From: an uncultured bacterium
GTDB taxonomy: Bacteria > GCA-001730085
Direction of reading: 5' to 3'
DNA: 13,211 bases
NCBI GenBank assembly: GCA_964565945.1
Contig: CAZMGY010000014.1
Span: forward strand, 1-13,211
Positions 7,701 to 13,211 of this stretch are shown here, piece after piece. The notes under the pieces are model-generated. The model saw nothing but the letters and a program-made list of their open reading frames with translations, was not told the DNA's origin and made no database searches. Made by a program: the position numbers and the translations under genes. Numbering within the stretch: position 1 is the stretch's first letter; the number at the start of each line of letters is the position of its first letter.

Positions 7701-10700
7701 CAAAATCTTTTTTAATTTCATTGCGAAGCCTTGTTTTATTTTCCTGCTCTAGATTATCTAGGCCTGCCAGTGTGCTCTCTAGAAAAAGGTCTATATTCAA
7801 CGTCGCATCTTTAGCAGACGGGTCCTGTATACCTCTTTTGTTCAGCCGTAGAAAGTTAGCGTAATTCTCTTTATTCAGGTAGGGCTGTAGAGCCTCTCTA
7901 AGTTTCCTATACGGCACCAGGTTATAGTTTCCCTCTACGGTTCTACCATCTTTTAACTTCAATTCTTGATCGGAACCACTTCTAGACATGATCAAAGCAA
8001 AGGCCGCCTCCTCCTTATATTCGTCAAATCCAACCAGATTCGGAAGATCTCTTCGCATTTGAACCAAAAGTCCTTGTGTTGTTATCCCCGTTTCATCCAA
8101 GCTTTCCAGCACCTTTTCCCAATTACTTACTGCAAGAGCTTTCTCTTGCACCTCACCTATCGCCGCAGCTTGATCTTGCTGTTCACCTTTTGCGTTCAGC
8201 TCTAGAAATTTCTTGTACTTTGCTTGATCAAAGAGCCTATGTTCCCACATAATCTCTCCGACTCTTATATAATGTGAACGAGGGATTTCTGAAACTTTAA
8301 ATGTTTTGCCACCTTTTAGCTTCAATCTTACAGTGGTGGCCAAATCAGCTCTATCCATGATCACAGCATAGGCCGCCTCTTCCCTATAGTCCTCAAATCC
8401 AACCAGATTCTCAAGATATTGTTTTATGTCATTACGAATTGCTTCTATCATGTAAGAAGATACCTTCATAGAATCCAAGTATTTCAGCGCCTCTTCCCAA
8501 AGAACTTTCTCTTTCACCTTACCTGCCGCCGCAGCTTGATCTTGCTGTTCACCTTTTGCGTTCAGATCTAGAAATTCCTTGTACTTTGCTTGATTAATGA
8601 AGGTGGATAGATCCTTTTCGAGGGCTTGATAGTGAGGAAGCAGGCTGGGGAGACTAGGGGCAGCATCAGTTATTGTACCATCCTCTAGGGTCAATTTTAC
8701 ATCGGAAAAACCAGCTCTAAGCTTGACCAGAGCATAGATCGCCTCATCCGTATATTTCTCAAATCCACGCACCCGCTTAATATCTTTTTGAATTTCCGTA
8801 AAAAGTGCTTCTTTTATTTCATTAGATGTAGCCCGCAAGTTGTCCAGCACGTATTTCCAACCATTAAGAACGACCTTTACTGTACCATTGTCTAGGATCA
8901 ATTGTGTATCAATAGATATTTCTTCTTTTTTATCCCCAGACAAGTTTTCCACCACGTCTTCCCCATTATTAGGAGCGTCCTCTTGCGCCTCACCTGTCGC
9001 CTCAGCTTGCTGTTCACCTTTTGCGTTCACCTTTAGAAATTCATGGTACTTTGCTTGATCAATGAAGGTGGATAGATCCTTTTCGAGGGCTTGATAGTGA
9101 GGAAGCAGGTTGGGGTCATTAGGGACAGTATCAATTATTCTACCATCCTCTAGGGTCAATTTTACATCGGAAAAATCAGCTCTAAGCTTGACCAGAGCAT
9201 AGGCCGCCTCATCCGTATATTTCTCAAATCCACGCACCTGCTTAATATCTTCTTGAATTTCCGCAAAAAGTGCTTTTTTTATCACGTCGTCTTCCCAATT
9301 ATTAGGAGCGTCCTCTTGCGCCTCACCTTCCGCCTCAGCTTGCTGTTCACCTTGTGCGTTCAGATCTAGAAATTCCTTGTACTTTGCTTGAGCAAAAAGT
9401 GCTTCTTTTATCACGTCTTCCAAATTATTAGGAGCCCCCTCTTGCGCCTCACCTTCCGCCGCATATTGCTGTGCATGTTTTGCGTTCATCTCTAGAAATT
9501 CATTGTACGTTGTTTGATTAATCAGGAGGCGTAGCGCCTCTTCGAAATCTCGATAATGAGAAAGCAGAGGCTTTCTGGATGTAAGTCCAGATGCTCCATT
9601 AATCATTTCACCATTCTTTAGGATCAATTGTGGACTGGAAAAACCAGCTCTAAGCCTAACTATAGCATAGACCGCCTCATCCATATATTTCTCATGTCCA
9701 TGCAGAGACTCCATATCTTTTAGAATTTCCGTAAAAATTTCTCCGTATATGTTCTCAGACACATCCAGCAAGTCTTCCAGCACATCTTCCCAAGTCCACT
9801 CAGCATCATTAGGAGCCCCCTCTTGCGCCGCACCTGTCGCCTCAGCTTGCTGTTCACCTTGTGCGTTCATCTCTACAGAAGCTTTCTCTTGCGCCTCACC
9901 TTGCTGTTCACCTTGTGCGTTCATCTCTACAGAAGCTTTCTCTTGCGCCGCACCTGTCGCCTCAGCTTGCTGTGCACCTTGTGCGTTCAGGGTTAAAAAT
10001 TCATTGTAATTCGTTCTATTTATCTGGGGCCGTAGAAGCGCTTCAATTTCTTTATAACGCCCCTCTGTTCTTGAAGTTGTAACTGTTCCACCACCTTTTA
10101 GCTTCAATTCTTGATCGGAAACACCACCTTTAGCCTTGATCAAAGCATAGAGCGCCTCCTCCCTATATTGCTCAAATCCAACCACCCTCCTACGCTCTTT
10201 TTTAATTTGATTATAAAGACCTTGTCGTGTACTATGATCTGCACTCAACTGATTCACCGCCTCTTCCAAAATCTTTAACTCCTTCGCCTCACCTAGCGTC
10301 GCACCTTGCTGTTTATCTTTTGCTTGGTTCGCTAGTAGAAAGGTACCGTAAAGAGAGAGAAAGCGTTCCATTGAGTTAGCTAGAATTATCTTCTCTTGTT
10401 CTTGAACAAATTCTATTTCTAACTCTTCTGTTGAATTTGTGAAGACTGTTTTCTTCCATGCTTCAAAAGAAGGATAGCCGCCACCCTCAACCTCCTGAGC
10501 CTTCCTCCACTTTGCTAAAGAACCAAATTTCTCCTTATTATTAGGATCCTCCATAAAAACAAAAGTAGCGAGAAGATCAAGCATAATTTGTCTATAAGCA
10601 GACCTCGTTTCGCTTGATTCTGGAACTTCAACTACTGCACCATTTTTTAGATTCACTTCATTCTTGGAAAGAGAACCTTTAGCCTTAGCCCAAGCATACA

Positions 10701-11835
10701 TCGCCATAAAAACGTCCGTCTCAGCTCCAACCACTTCTTGCTTAACCTTCTCTTTCATAGACTTATCACCAAGGAAAGCTTTTCTTTTAGAATTTTCCAA
10801 CATCCAAGCATTCCAAGCTTCTGCGCCTGTCGAAGCAGCTACTACAGGCTCTTCTTCCTTTTTCTTTTGCTTTTGTTGTTGTTGACCTTGTTCTTCGTTT
10901 TTGTGGTTGGCACTTAAAAAGTCATTGTAATCCACTTCCGATATCCGCCCAGAGCCTTCTAAAACTCCTGCTATCGTCTTATAATACTCCGTCTTCCATA
11001 TTGATTGTCCTATTTGAATTGGGCTATTATCTATTGTTTCTAATTTTATCCCCTCGACCATACCACCTTCAATCCTGGCCAAAGCCAAGAGTGCCGCCAA
11101 CTCGTTTTTCTCAGATCCAACTATTTTCCTAACATTGTGTTGCAGTTCCTTAAAAAAGGGGTCTGTTAGCCACATCCCAGCTGCCACAAGCACATCCCTC
11201 GCCGCCTCTAAACTGTGGGATGATACCTCTTTACCAGCTACTACTACAGTTGTTTGCTGTTTTTCCTCTTTACGCTGGGTTCTAAGCATCTCTGGCGTAA
11301 CTTCAGGAGGAGTTTCTAGCTCCAATTTCTCACCCAAAACAATCAATGTTTTGCGCACAACGAATTTACCCTCAATTTCACCAGCAAGCGCTTTCCTTGC
11401 AAACAAACGCAACGCAGTATTATTCTTATCCGCAGTTAAACCAATCGCCGAACCTCCATCCGATGGACGAAACACCAGCTCAACAAACTGCTTATCCAGT
11501 CCCATTTTACTTGCAATCGCTTCCTTCACATCGTCTACAGTTTGGTCCGGCATAAGTTTCACATCAACTTCAAAATGATCACGCGTAGCCGCAAAACCAA
11601 ATTTGGTAGCACTCTCACCAGAAACTTTACCCCAACTCTCAACCGTAAGCTTGCCCAAATCGATCTCGTTTGGTATCTTCTCTTGAAGATCCTTTCCTGT
11701 AACCTGCATCTCCACAAGCGCCTGTTCAAAACCACGCAATTTCGTAGATGTGGCCAAAGACCATGCCCCTCTTGACACCACTGTTACCATAGCAAACACT
11801 AAAAATATTACCCATAGCCTCATAATACTATTCAT
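4789..11835 (-). CDS. Giant (2348 aa) signal-peptide-bearing tandem-repeat protein, unrecognised repeat family, with a unique C-terminal domain
   Basis: The ORF is 7,047 nt without interruption. The ATG at 11833-11835 has GAGGAGA 9 nt upstream and a TTGATA-17-TATAAT promoter further upstream. The N-terminus MNSIMRLWVIFLVFAMVTVVSRGAWS is a hydrophobic signal or anchor. About 14 repeat units are marked by (L/V)VGFExY(R/K)EEAAYALI..AG ... LKLK.GGTVKVS ... Y.EFL.LNAKGEQQ. The non-repeat C-terminal region (aa ~2100-2348) ends in GVSLARTFERNSTLYSA. Confidence 0.9.
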   Translation of the reverse strand: MNSIMRLWVIFLVFAMVTVVSRGAWSLATSTKLRGFEQALVEMQVTGKDLQEKIPNEIDLGKLTVESWGKVSGESATKFGFAATRDHFEVDVKLMPDQTVDDVKEAIASKMGLDKQFVELVFRPSDGGSAIGLTADKNNTALRLFARKALAGEIEGKFVVRKTLIVLGEKLELETPPEVTPEMLRTQRKEEKQQTTVVVAGKEVSSHSLEAARDVLVAAGMWLTDPFFKELQHNVRKIVGSEKNELAALLALARIEGGMVEGIKLETIDNSPIQIGQSIWKTEYYKTIAGVLEGSGRISEVDYNDFLSANHKNEEQGQQQQKQKKKEEEPVVAASTGAEAWNAWMLENSKRKAFLGDKSMKEKVKQEVVGAETDVFMAMYAWAKAKGSLSKNEVNLKNGAVVEVPESSETRSAYRQIMLDLLATFVFMEDPNNKEKFGSLAKWRKAQEVEGGGYPSFEAWKKTVFTNSTEELEIEFVQEQEKIILANSMERFLSLYGTFLLANQAKDKQQGATLGEAKELKILEEAVNQLSADHSTRQGLYNQIKKERRRVVGFEQYREEALYALIKAKGGVSDQELKLKGGGTVTTSRTEGRYKEIEALLRPQINRTNYNEFLTLNAQGAQQAEATGAAQEKASVEMNAQGEQQGEAQEKASVEMNAQGEQQAEATGAAQEGAPNDAEWTWEDVLEDLLDVSENIYGEIFTEILKDMESLHGHEKYMDEAVYAIVRLRAGFSSPQLILKNGEMINGASGLTSRKPLLSHYRDFEEALRLLINQTTYNEFLEMNAKHAQQYAAEGEAQEGAPNNLEDVIKEALFAQAKYKEFLDLNAQGEQQAEAEGEAQEDAPNNWEDDVIKKALFAEIQEDIKQVRGFEKYTDEAAYALVKLRADFSDVKLTLEDGRIIDTVPNDPNLLPHYQALEKDLSTFIDQAKYHEFLKVNAKGEQQAEATGEAQEDAPNNGEDVVENLSGDKKEEISIDTQLILDNGTVKVVLNGWKYVLDNLRATSNEIKEALFTEIQKDIKRVRGFEKYTDEAIYALVKLRAGFSDVKLTLEDGTITDAAPSLPSLLPHYQALEKDLSTFINQAKYKEFLDLNAKGEQQDQAAAAGKVKEKVLWEEALKYLDSMKVSSYMIEAIRNDIKQYLENLVGFEDYREEAAYAVIMDRADLATTVRLKLKGGKTFKVSEIPRSHYIRVGEIMWEHRLFDQAKYKKFLELNAKGEQQDQAAAIGEVQEKALAVSNWEKVLESLDETGITTQGLLVQMRRDLPNLVGFDEYKEEAAFALIMSRSGSDQELKLKDGRTVEGNYNLVPYRKLREALQPYLNKENYANFLRLNKRGIQDPSAKDATLNIDLFLESTLAGLDNLEQENKTRLRNEIKKDFENIVGSEQYASEALYALILLRTGSSLTGKKGATPKGLGNQELKLRGGGTVKSSDIWWAYQGILNALDPSIIGRPKYKQFLELNAKNELAQFDAGEQEGATSSKANDSKTWEDVLQGLTVINEVTKSKVSANLKRAFKNLVGFEEYKEEAAYAFMLARADIPLVSNAPASSPKRELKLRDGRIVEPSLAKQWFYRLIAEGLDPSRLNTEHYFAFLDLNAKGKQEDGTSSRANDSKTWEAAVQTLDATAEVKEGLSGQIQRELESLVGFETDREAAAYALIMAKAGTSNQKVNRKNGGTVKVSKTKRRYKEIQEALKPYLNTANYNEFLKVNAKAEQEDGASSKANNSKTWEEAVQALDITSGGKQGLSAQIQRDLESLVGFEGYRQEAAYALLIVKAGRSEVPTLKTISGEILKVSSLSNNRLFYGKIADDLRLSVDIRAYTKFLALNARGKQKVKENDPGVSNQTSRTKSKTWEEVVQSLDAPEQARAGLSGQIQRGLEGRVGFETYNRQEAAYALIRAKAGTSDRTVHLKNGGTVKVSKTKWRYKEIQEALKPYLNTANYNEFLKVNAKAEQEDGASSEVTKSKTFNLVRWEKSVDDLSATALTKKAIRSQIKKDLDNLIAATTDELVAVYALLMVKSGESSVELYKKDSSEVFEFSKSDNTKLFYGKIAENIRPLVTQDRFEAFLSRNQAGKQEERVSASLLALDLGGELVSPEAAARVQGFKGKANPFDTRAEGITKKQVKFRENDRAALKTETVYLTDKSEDSPFAGVTRWSPERSRWVGVVRVKESFPSEAVFEYTALFEAIKASMMTKAAVVSEAEMLLQYGLTSKAITADTKEYIIALGLFNAKVHALAMANMEVSNLKALVVGLRGYQDSLGELTDLGLDILALPSDSVEALSAAIKRVQAIGNEDLQRLVQKLLLLINMAEITLDAKAGGASFSQLIEGTPLVEGVSLARTFERNSTLYSA
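5965..6111 (-). repeat. 147-bp block nearly identical to 6679..6825 (repeat unit 13 vs unit 11)
   Basis: Direct comparison of the text shows acttgacgccccatcttcttgttcagcttttgcgttcacctttagaaattcattgtaattcgctgtattcaggtagggctttagagcctcttgaatttctttataacgcc[a/t]ctttgtttttgaaactttaactgttccaccattttt. I see a single mismatch. The offset is 714 bp. Confidence 0.9.
6679..6825 (-). repeat. Partner copy of the 147-bp block at 5965..6111
   Basis: Same evidence as 5965..6111. Both copies encode ...GGTVKVSKTK(R/W)RYKEIQEALKPYLNTANYNEFLKVNAKAEQEDGASS. Confidence 0.9.
9821..9989 (-). repeat. In-frame tandem micro-repeat: two 54-bp units (9847..9900, 9901..9954) nested in a 120-bp direct repeat (9821.. and 9941..)
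   Basis: The 54-bp unit ttgctgttcaccttgtgcgttcatctctacagaagctttctcttgcgcc(t/g)cacc occurs twice back to back. It encodes GEAQEKASVEMNAQGEQQ twice within AQQAEATGAAQEKASVEMNAQGEQQGEAQEKASVEMNAQGEQQAEATGAAQEG. Confidence 0.9.
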
Positions 11836-11903
11836 TGTCTCGTATCTCCTCTACTCAATTACTACCTGCGCAACAAACATAACTCAATTCTAGTTGTTCG
11901 GAT

Positions 11904-11932
11904 ATTATAACATCTAATTCAATACTTATCAA
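11904..11932 (-). promoter_or_regulatory. Near-consensus sigma70-type promoter of the giant gene (TTGATA-17-TATAAT)
   Basis: The minus strand reads ttgata agtattgaattagatgt tataat. The -10 element lies ~69 nt upstream of ATG 11835, and GAGGAGA (11845-11851) lies 9 nt before the ATG. Confidence 0.6.
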
Positions 11933-12138
11933 TCATTTTTTTAATAAATGACAATATTTTTTTATGTTTTTTAAACTTTATGCTCAATACGAGCCTCCTA
12001 GAGATCAAACATCCTTTTGGCCACTTGGCCACTCTTAACGAATAACCTCCGCAAAATGAAATAGCAATATACCCCTCCCCTATTATTTTCATCGCAGGGT
12101 TTTCACAAACTTTTTCTGTATCCCATGGCTTTTGGACC

Positions 12139-12374
12139 CTATACAAGGTTGAGTTCCATTCAAACGTCCGAGCTAACTTTACTCCTTTAACAACCGATGT
12201 TCCCCCAATAACAGCAGGGAAAGCTACTCCTCCAATCCTATGATCTAACATATTTTGATACATATTAGTCAGAAATAATAGTTTATGAACAAATCTTTGC
12301 TTCAGCGAGAGGTGTCGGGTTACCTGTTCCGAAAGCTCGTTAATATCTCTAAAATGTTGTTCTGTTTTTAATTC
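12139..12374 (-). pseudogene. Orphan, diverged copy of the giant protein's C-terminal ~79 codons (gene relic)
   Basis: Minus-strand translation gives ELKTEQHFRDINELSEQVTRHLSLKQRFVHKLLFLTNMYQNMLDHRIGGVAFPAVIGGTSVVKGVKLARTFEWNSTLYRV. This aligns with the giant protein's ...DLQRLVQKLLLLINMAEITLDAKAGGASFSQLIEGTPLVEGVSLARTFERNSTLYSA. About half the residues are identical by eye, and the last 17 are nearly identical. DNA similarity is visible between ctatacaaggt.gagttcc.ttcaaacgt.cgagctaa at 12139.. and the matching text at 4796... An in-frame stop lies at 12375-12377 with no upstream body. The native stop is lost, so the frame reads on to 11919 through the giant gene's promoter. The track's 114-aa ORF 11919..12263 is part of this relic. 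Confidence 0.6.
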
Positions 12375-12502
12375 TTATTCTTCTCGACAATGATTTACGA
12401 ATATATTTTAAAAAATAATATTCGACAGTATATTAAAAAGATTTTAATGTTAAAACATCTAGCCATTATCCTTAATATTTAAGCAGATATAAACATCCTT
12501 TC

Positions 12503-12691
12503 CTATATTTTTATCTTAAAAATCTTATTCTGTAAATTTAATTTAAAATATTTCTTGCCGTTCCCTTCATAAATACAATCAAAATCATGCCTTGAACTAC
12601 TTGCCGTTTCAAAATTTATATTTTTCAAAAGATAGTTTTCAAAGTCATTCTTGCTAGGATGATAACCCCCCATCCAAAAATAAAAAAGCAC
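12503..12691 (-). CDS. Doubtful small ORF (62 aa from a GTG), possibly a fragment with a truncated hydrophobic N-terminus
   Basis: The frame is open back to 12733 without an ATG and reads KDFFIGTIIAVGISVLFYFWMGGYHPSKNDFENYLLKN.... The hydrophobic helix is cut by the only available starts. I see no SD and the surroundings are very AT-rich. It could be a relic or noise. Confidence 0.15.
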   Translation of the reverse strand: MLFYFWMGGYHPSKNDFENYLLKNINFETASSSRHDFDCIYEGNGKKYFKLNLQNKIFKIKI

Positions 12692-12721
12692 AGAAATCCC
12701 AACTGCTATAATGGTTCCAAT

Positions 12722-12751
12722 AAAAAAATCTTTTCACCCAGTGGGTGAAAA
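12722..12751 (-). terminator. Hairpin (9-bp stem, 3-nt loop) followed by a T7 run on the minus strand; terminator-like, with no identified cognate gene
   Basis: The stem is ttttcaccc (12731-12739) paired with gggtgaaaa (12743-12751), with loop agt. On the minus strand the hairpin is followed by ga + ttttttt (12728-12722). The stem is AT-rich and no minus-strand gene lies upstream of it in the window. Confidence 0.25.
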
Positions 12752-12897
12752 CACCAAAGGTAAGCAAACCTTTCTAAGCCTTAACCAAACTTTTGTGCTT
12801 ATGAATATTTTAAACTATAAATTCACCCCCACCAACGAACTTCTAAGTGCCCACACACCCTTGTTAGCACCCGCACATTTAATGCAATCACTTAGCC

Positions 12898-13211
12898 TTG
12901 ATAAAAGCCCTTGAGCAGCACTTCCCTGCTTTAAATAGTAATAGTACTATTAAATCTTTAACTTTGATCAATACCTTTTGTTGGAATGAAAAAGTTGCTA
13001 CTTTTACCCAGTGCTATGGTGCTGATGAATTAGATTCAGGGAATCTGCTTATGTGGACTATGGTTTTATCGATGCGAAGGATCTTCGCTATGTCAGTACG
13101 GTGGAACGGACTTGGGAAGAACTTTGCCAAGACCACTTGATGTATCGCTACAACAGCGAAGATGATTTTGAAATCCCGTCCTCGTCGTTCACGGTGTGTA
13201 CCTTTTGGATG
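12898..13211 (+). pseudogene. GH15 (glucoamylase/trehalase-like glycoside hydrolase family 15) gene relic, 3' part, frame-disrupted, continues beyond the window
   Basis: The frame from 12898 reads ...FCWNEKVATFTQCYGADELDSGNLLMW. A different frame from 13029 reads ...YGFIDAKDLRYVSTVERTWEELCQDHLMYRYNSEDDFEIPSSSFTVCTFWM and stays open to the window end. Joined, they match my recollection of the conserved GH15 C-terminal pattern (F.Q.Y....LDAS.LLMP..GF....DPR...T...I...L....L..RY...DD........F..C.FW). The join requires a frameshift near 13052-13058. Weaker similarity extends back to ~12780 in a third frame segment (..HLMQSLSLDK|ALEQ..). The ~350-400 codons expected upstream are absent. Confidence 0.55.

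Larger units (their letters stand above)
5611..11124 (-). repeat. Array of ~14 tandem coding repeat units (113-183 aa each) inside the giant gene
   Basis: The VGFE-type motif recurs at aa 238, 368, 551, 711, 867, 1022, 1144, 1267, 1381, 1517, 1642, 1755, 1879 and 1998. These map to DNA positions ~11124, 10734, 10185, 9705, 9237, 8772, 8406, 8037, 7695, 7287, 6912, 6573, 6201 and 5844. Each unit ends with Y.(E/K)FL.(L/V)NA(K/Q)G followed by a Q/E/A-rich linker. The first two and the last units are the most divergent. Confidence 0.85.

Noticed and set aside
8170-9990. CRISPR-like regular recurrence of a ~30-bp motif (gcttgctgttcacctt.tgcgttcag.tctagaaat)
   Set aside because: The motif lies inside a continuous ORF. 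The 'spacers' are themselves homologous coding repeat units of several hundred bp, the motif copies are imperfect, and no cas genes are present.
5156-11775. Plus-strand ORFs of 62-147 aa inside the giant gene (e.g. 9749..10009 with a repeated CCSPCAF pattern, 11135..11578, 5156..5428)
   Set aside because: These are antisense shadows of a 7-kb ORF. Their odd Cys/Ser-rich periodicity simply mirrors the sense-strand Q/E/A repeat, and I see no SD or promoter signals. The same applies to the plus-strand ORFs inside the three paralogs (73..276, 778..1128, 1310..1498, 3117..3552, 3999..4223).
4789-11835. RTX / type I secreted giant adhesin, or an autotransporter
   Set aside because: There are no GGxGxD nonapeptide repeats and no Ig-like/BIg or cadherin-like motifs. 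There is no C-terminal beta-barrel-like pattern ending in an aromatic residue. An N-terminal signal peptide is atypical for T1SS substrates. The protein is left unassigned.
12017-12032. Direct repeat ttggccac-ttggccac (with tggcca palindromes) upstream of the giant-gene promoter as a regulator binding site
   Set aside because: It is only two 8-bp copies inside the read-through part of the relic ORF. I have no supporting conservation or partner motif.
11919-12263. The 114-aa ORF as an independent gene
   Set aside because: Its N-terminal 40 aa are the tail of a longer startless homology block to the giant protein's C-terminus. The remainder is read-through past a lost stop codon into the giant gene's promoter, with no SD. 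It is treated as part of a relic.
12711-12914. The 67-aa plus-strand ORF as an independent gene
   Set aside because: The start region overlaps a hairpin and an A-run. The C-terminal part looks like a degraded continuation of the GH15 relic in another frame, and there is no SD.

Overview
The window is dominated by one co-oriented minus-strand block with no recognisable phage, transposase or integrase genes. (1) A 7,047-nt gene (4789..11835) encodes a 2,348-aa protein with a signal-peptide-like N-terminus. It contains about 14 tandem repeat units of 113-183 aa from a family I do not recognise, plus a distinct non-repeat C-terminal domain of about 250 aa. (2) Three tightly packed, divergent paralogs lie downstream (3007..4509, 1476..2990, 49..1464). 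Each has a Sec-type signal peptide, a beta-rich middle region, and a C-terminal domain carrying the phage tail-collar / tail-fibre-tip signature (G-W-x-x-C-N-G ... T-P-D/N-L ... F-x-R-G) followed by three positionally conserved HxH motifs. Upstream of the giant gene is a near-consensus promoter, and next to it a diverged orphan copy of the giant gene's last ~79 codons. An AT-rich gap follows. At the right edge is a frame-disrupted, 5'-truncated relic of a GH15 (glucoamylase-like) gene running off the window. The promoter/RBS/start module of the first fibre-tip-like gene is tandemly duplicated. The giant gene contains near-identical DNA blocks in non-adjacent repeat units and an in-frame 54-bp tandem duplication. 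All family assignments come from motif recognition by eye, since no database search was possible. The sequence looks moderately AT-rich with Shine-Dalgarno-type ribosome binding sites, and I cannot assign a taxon.
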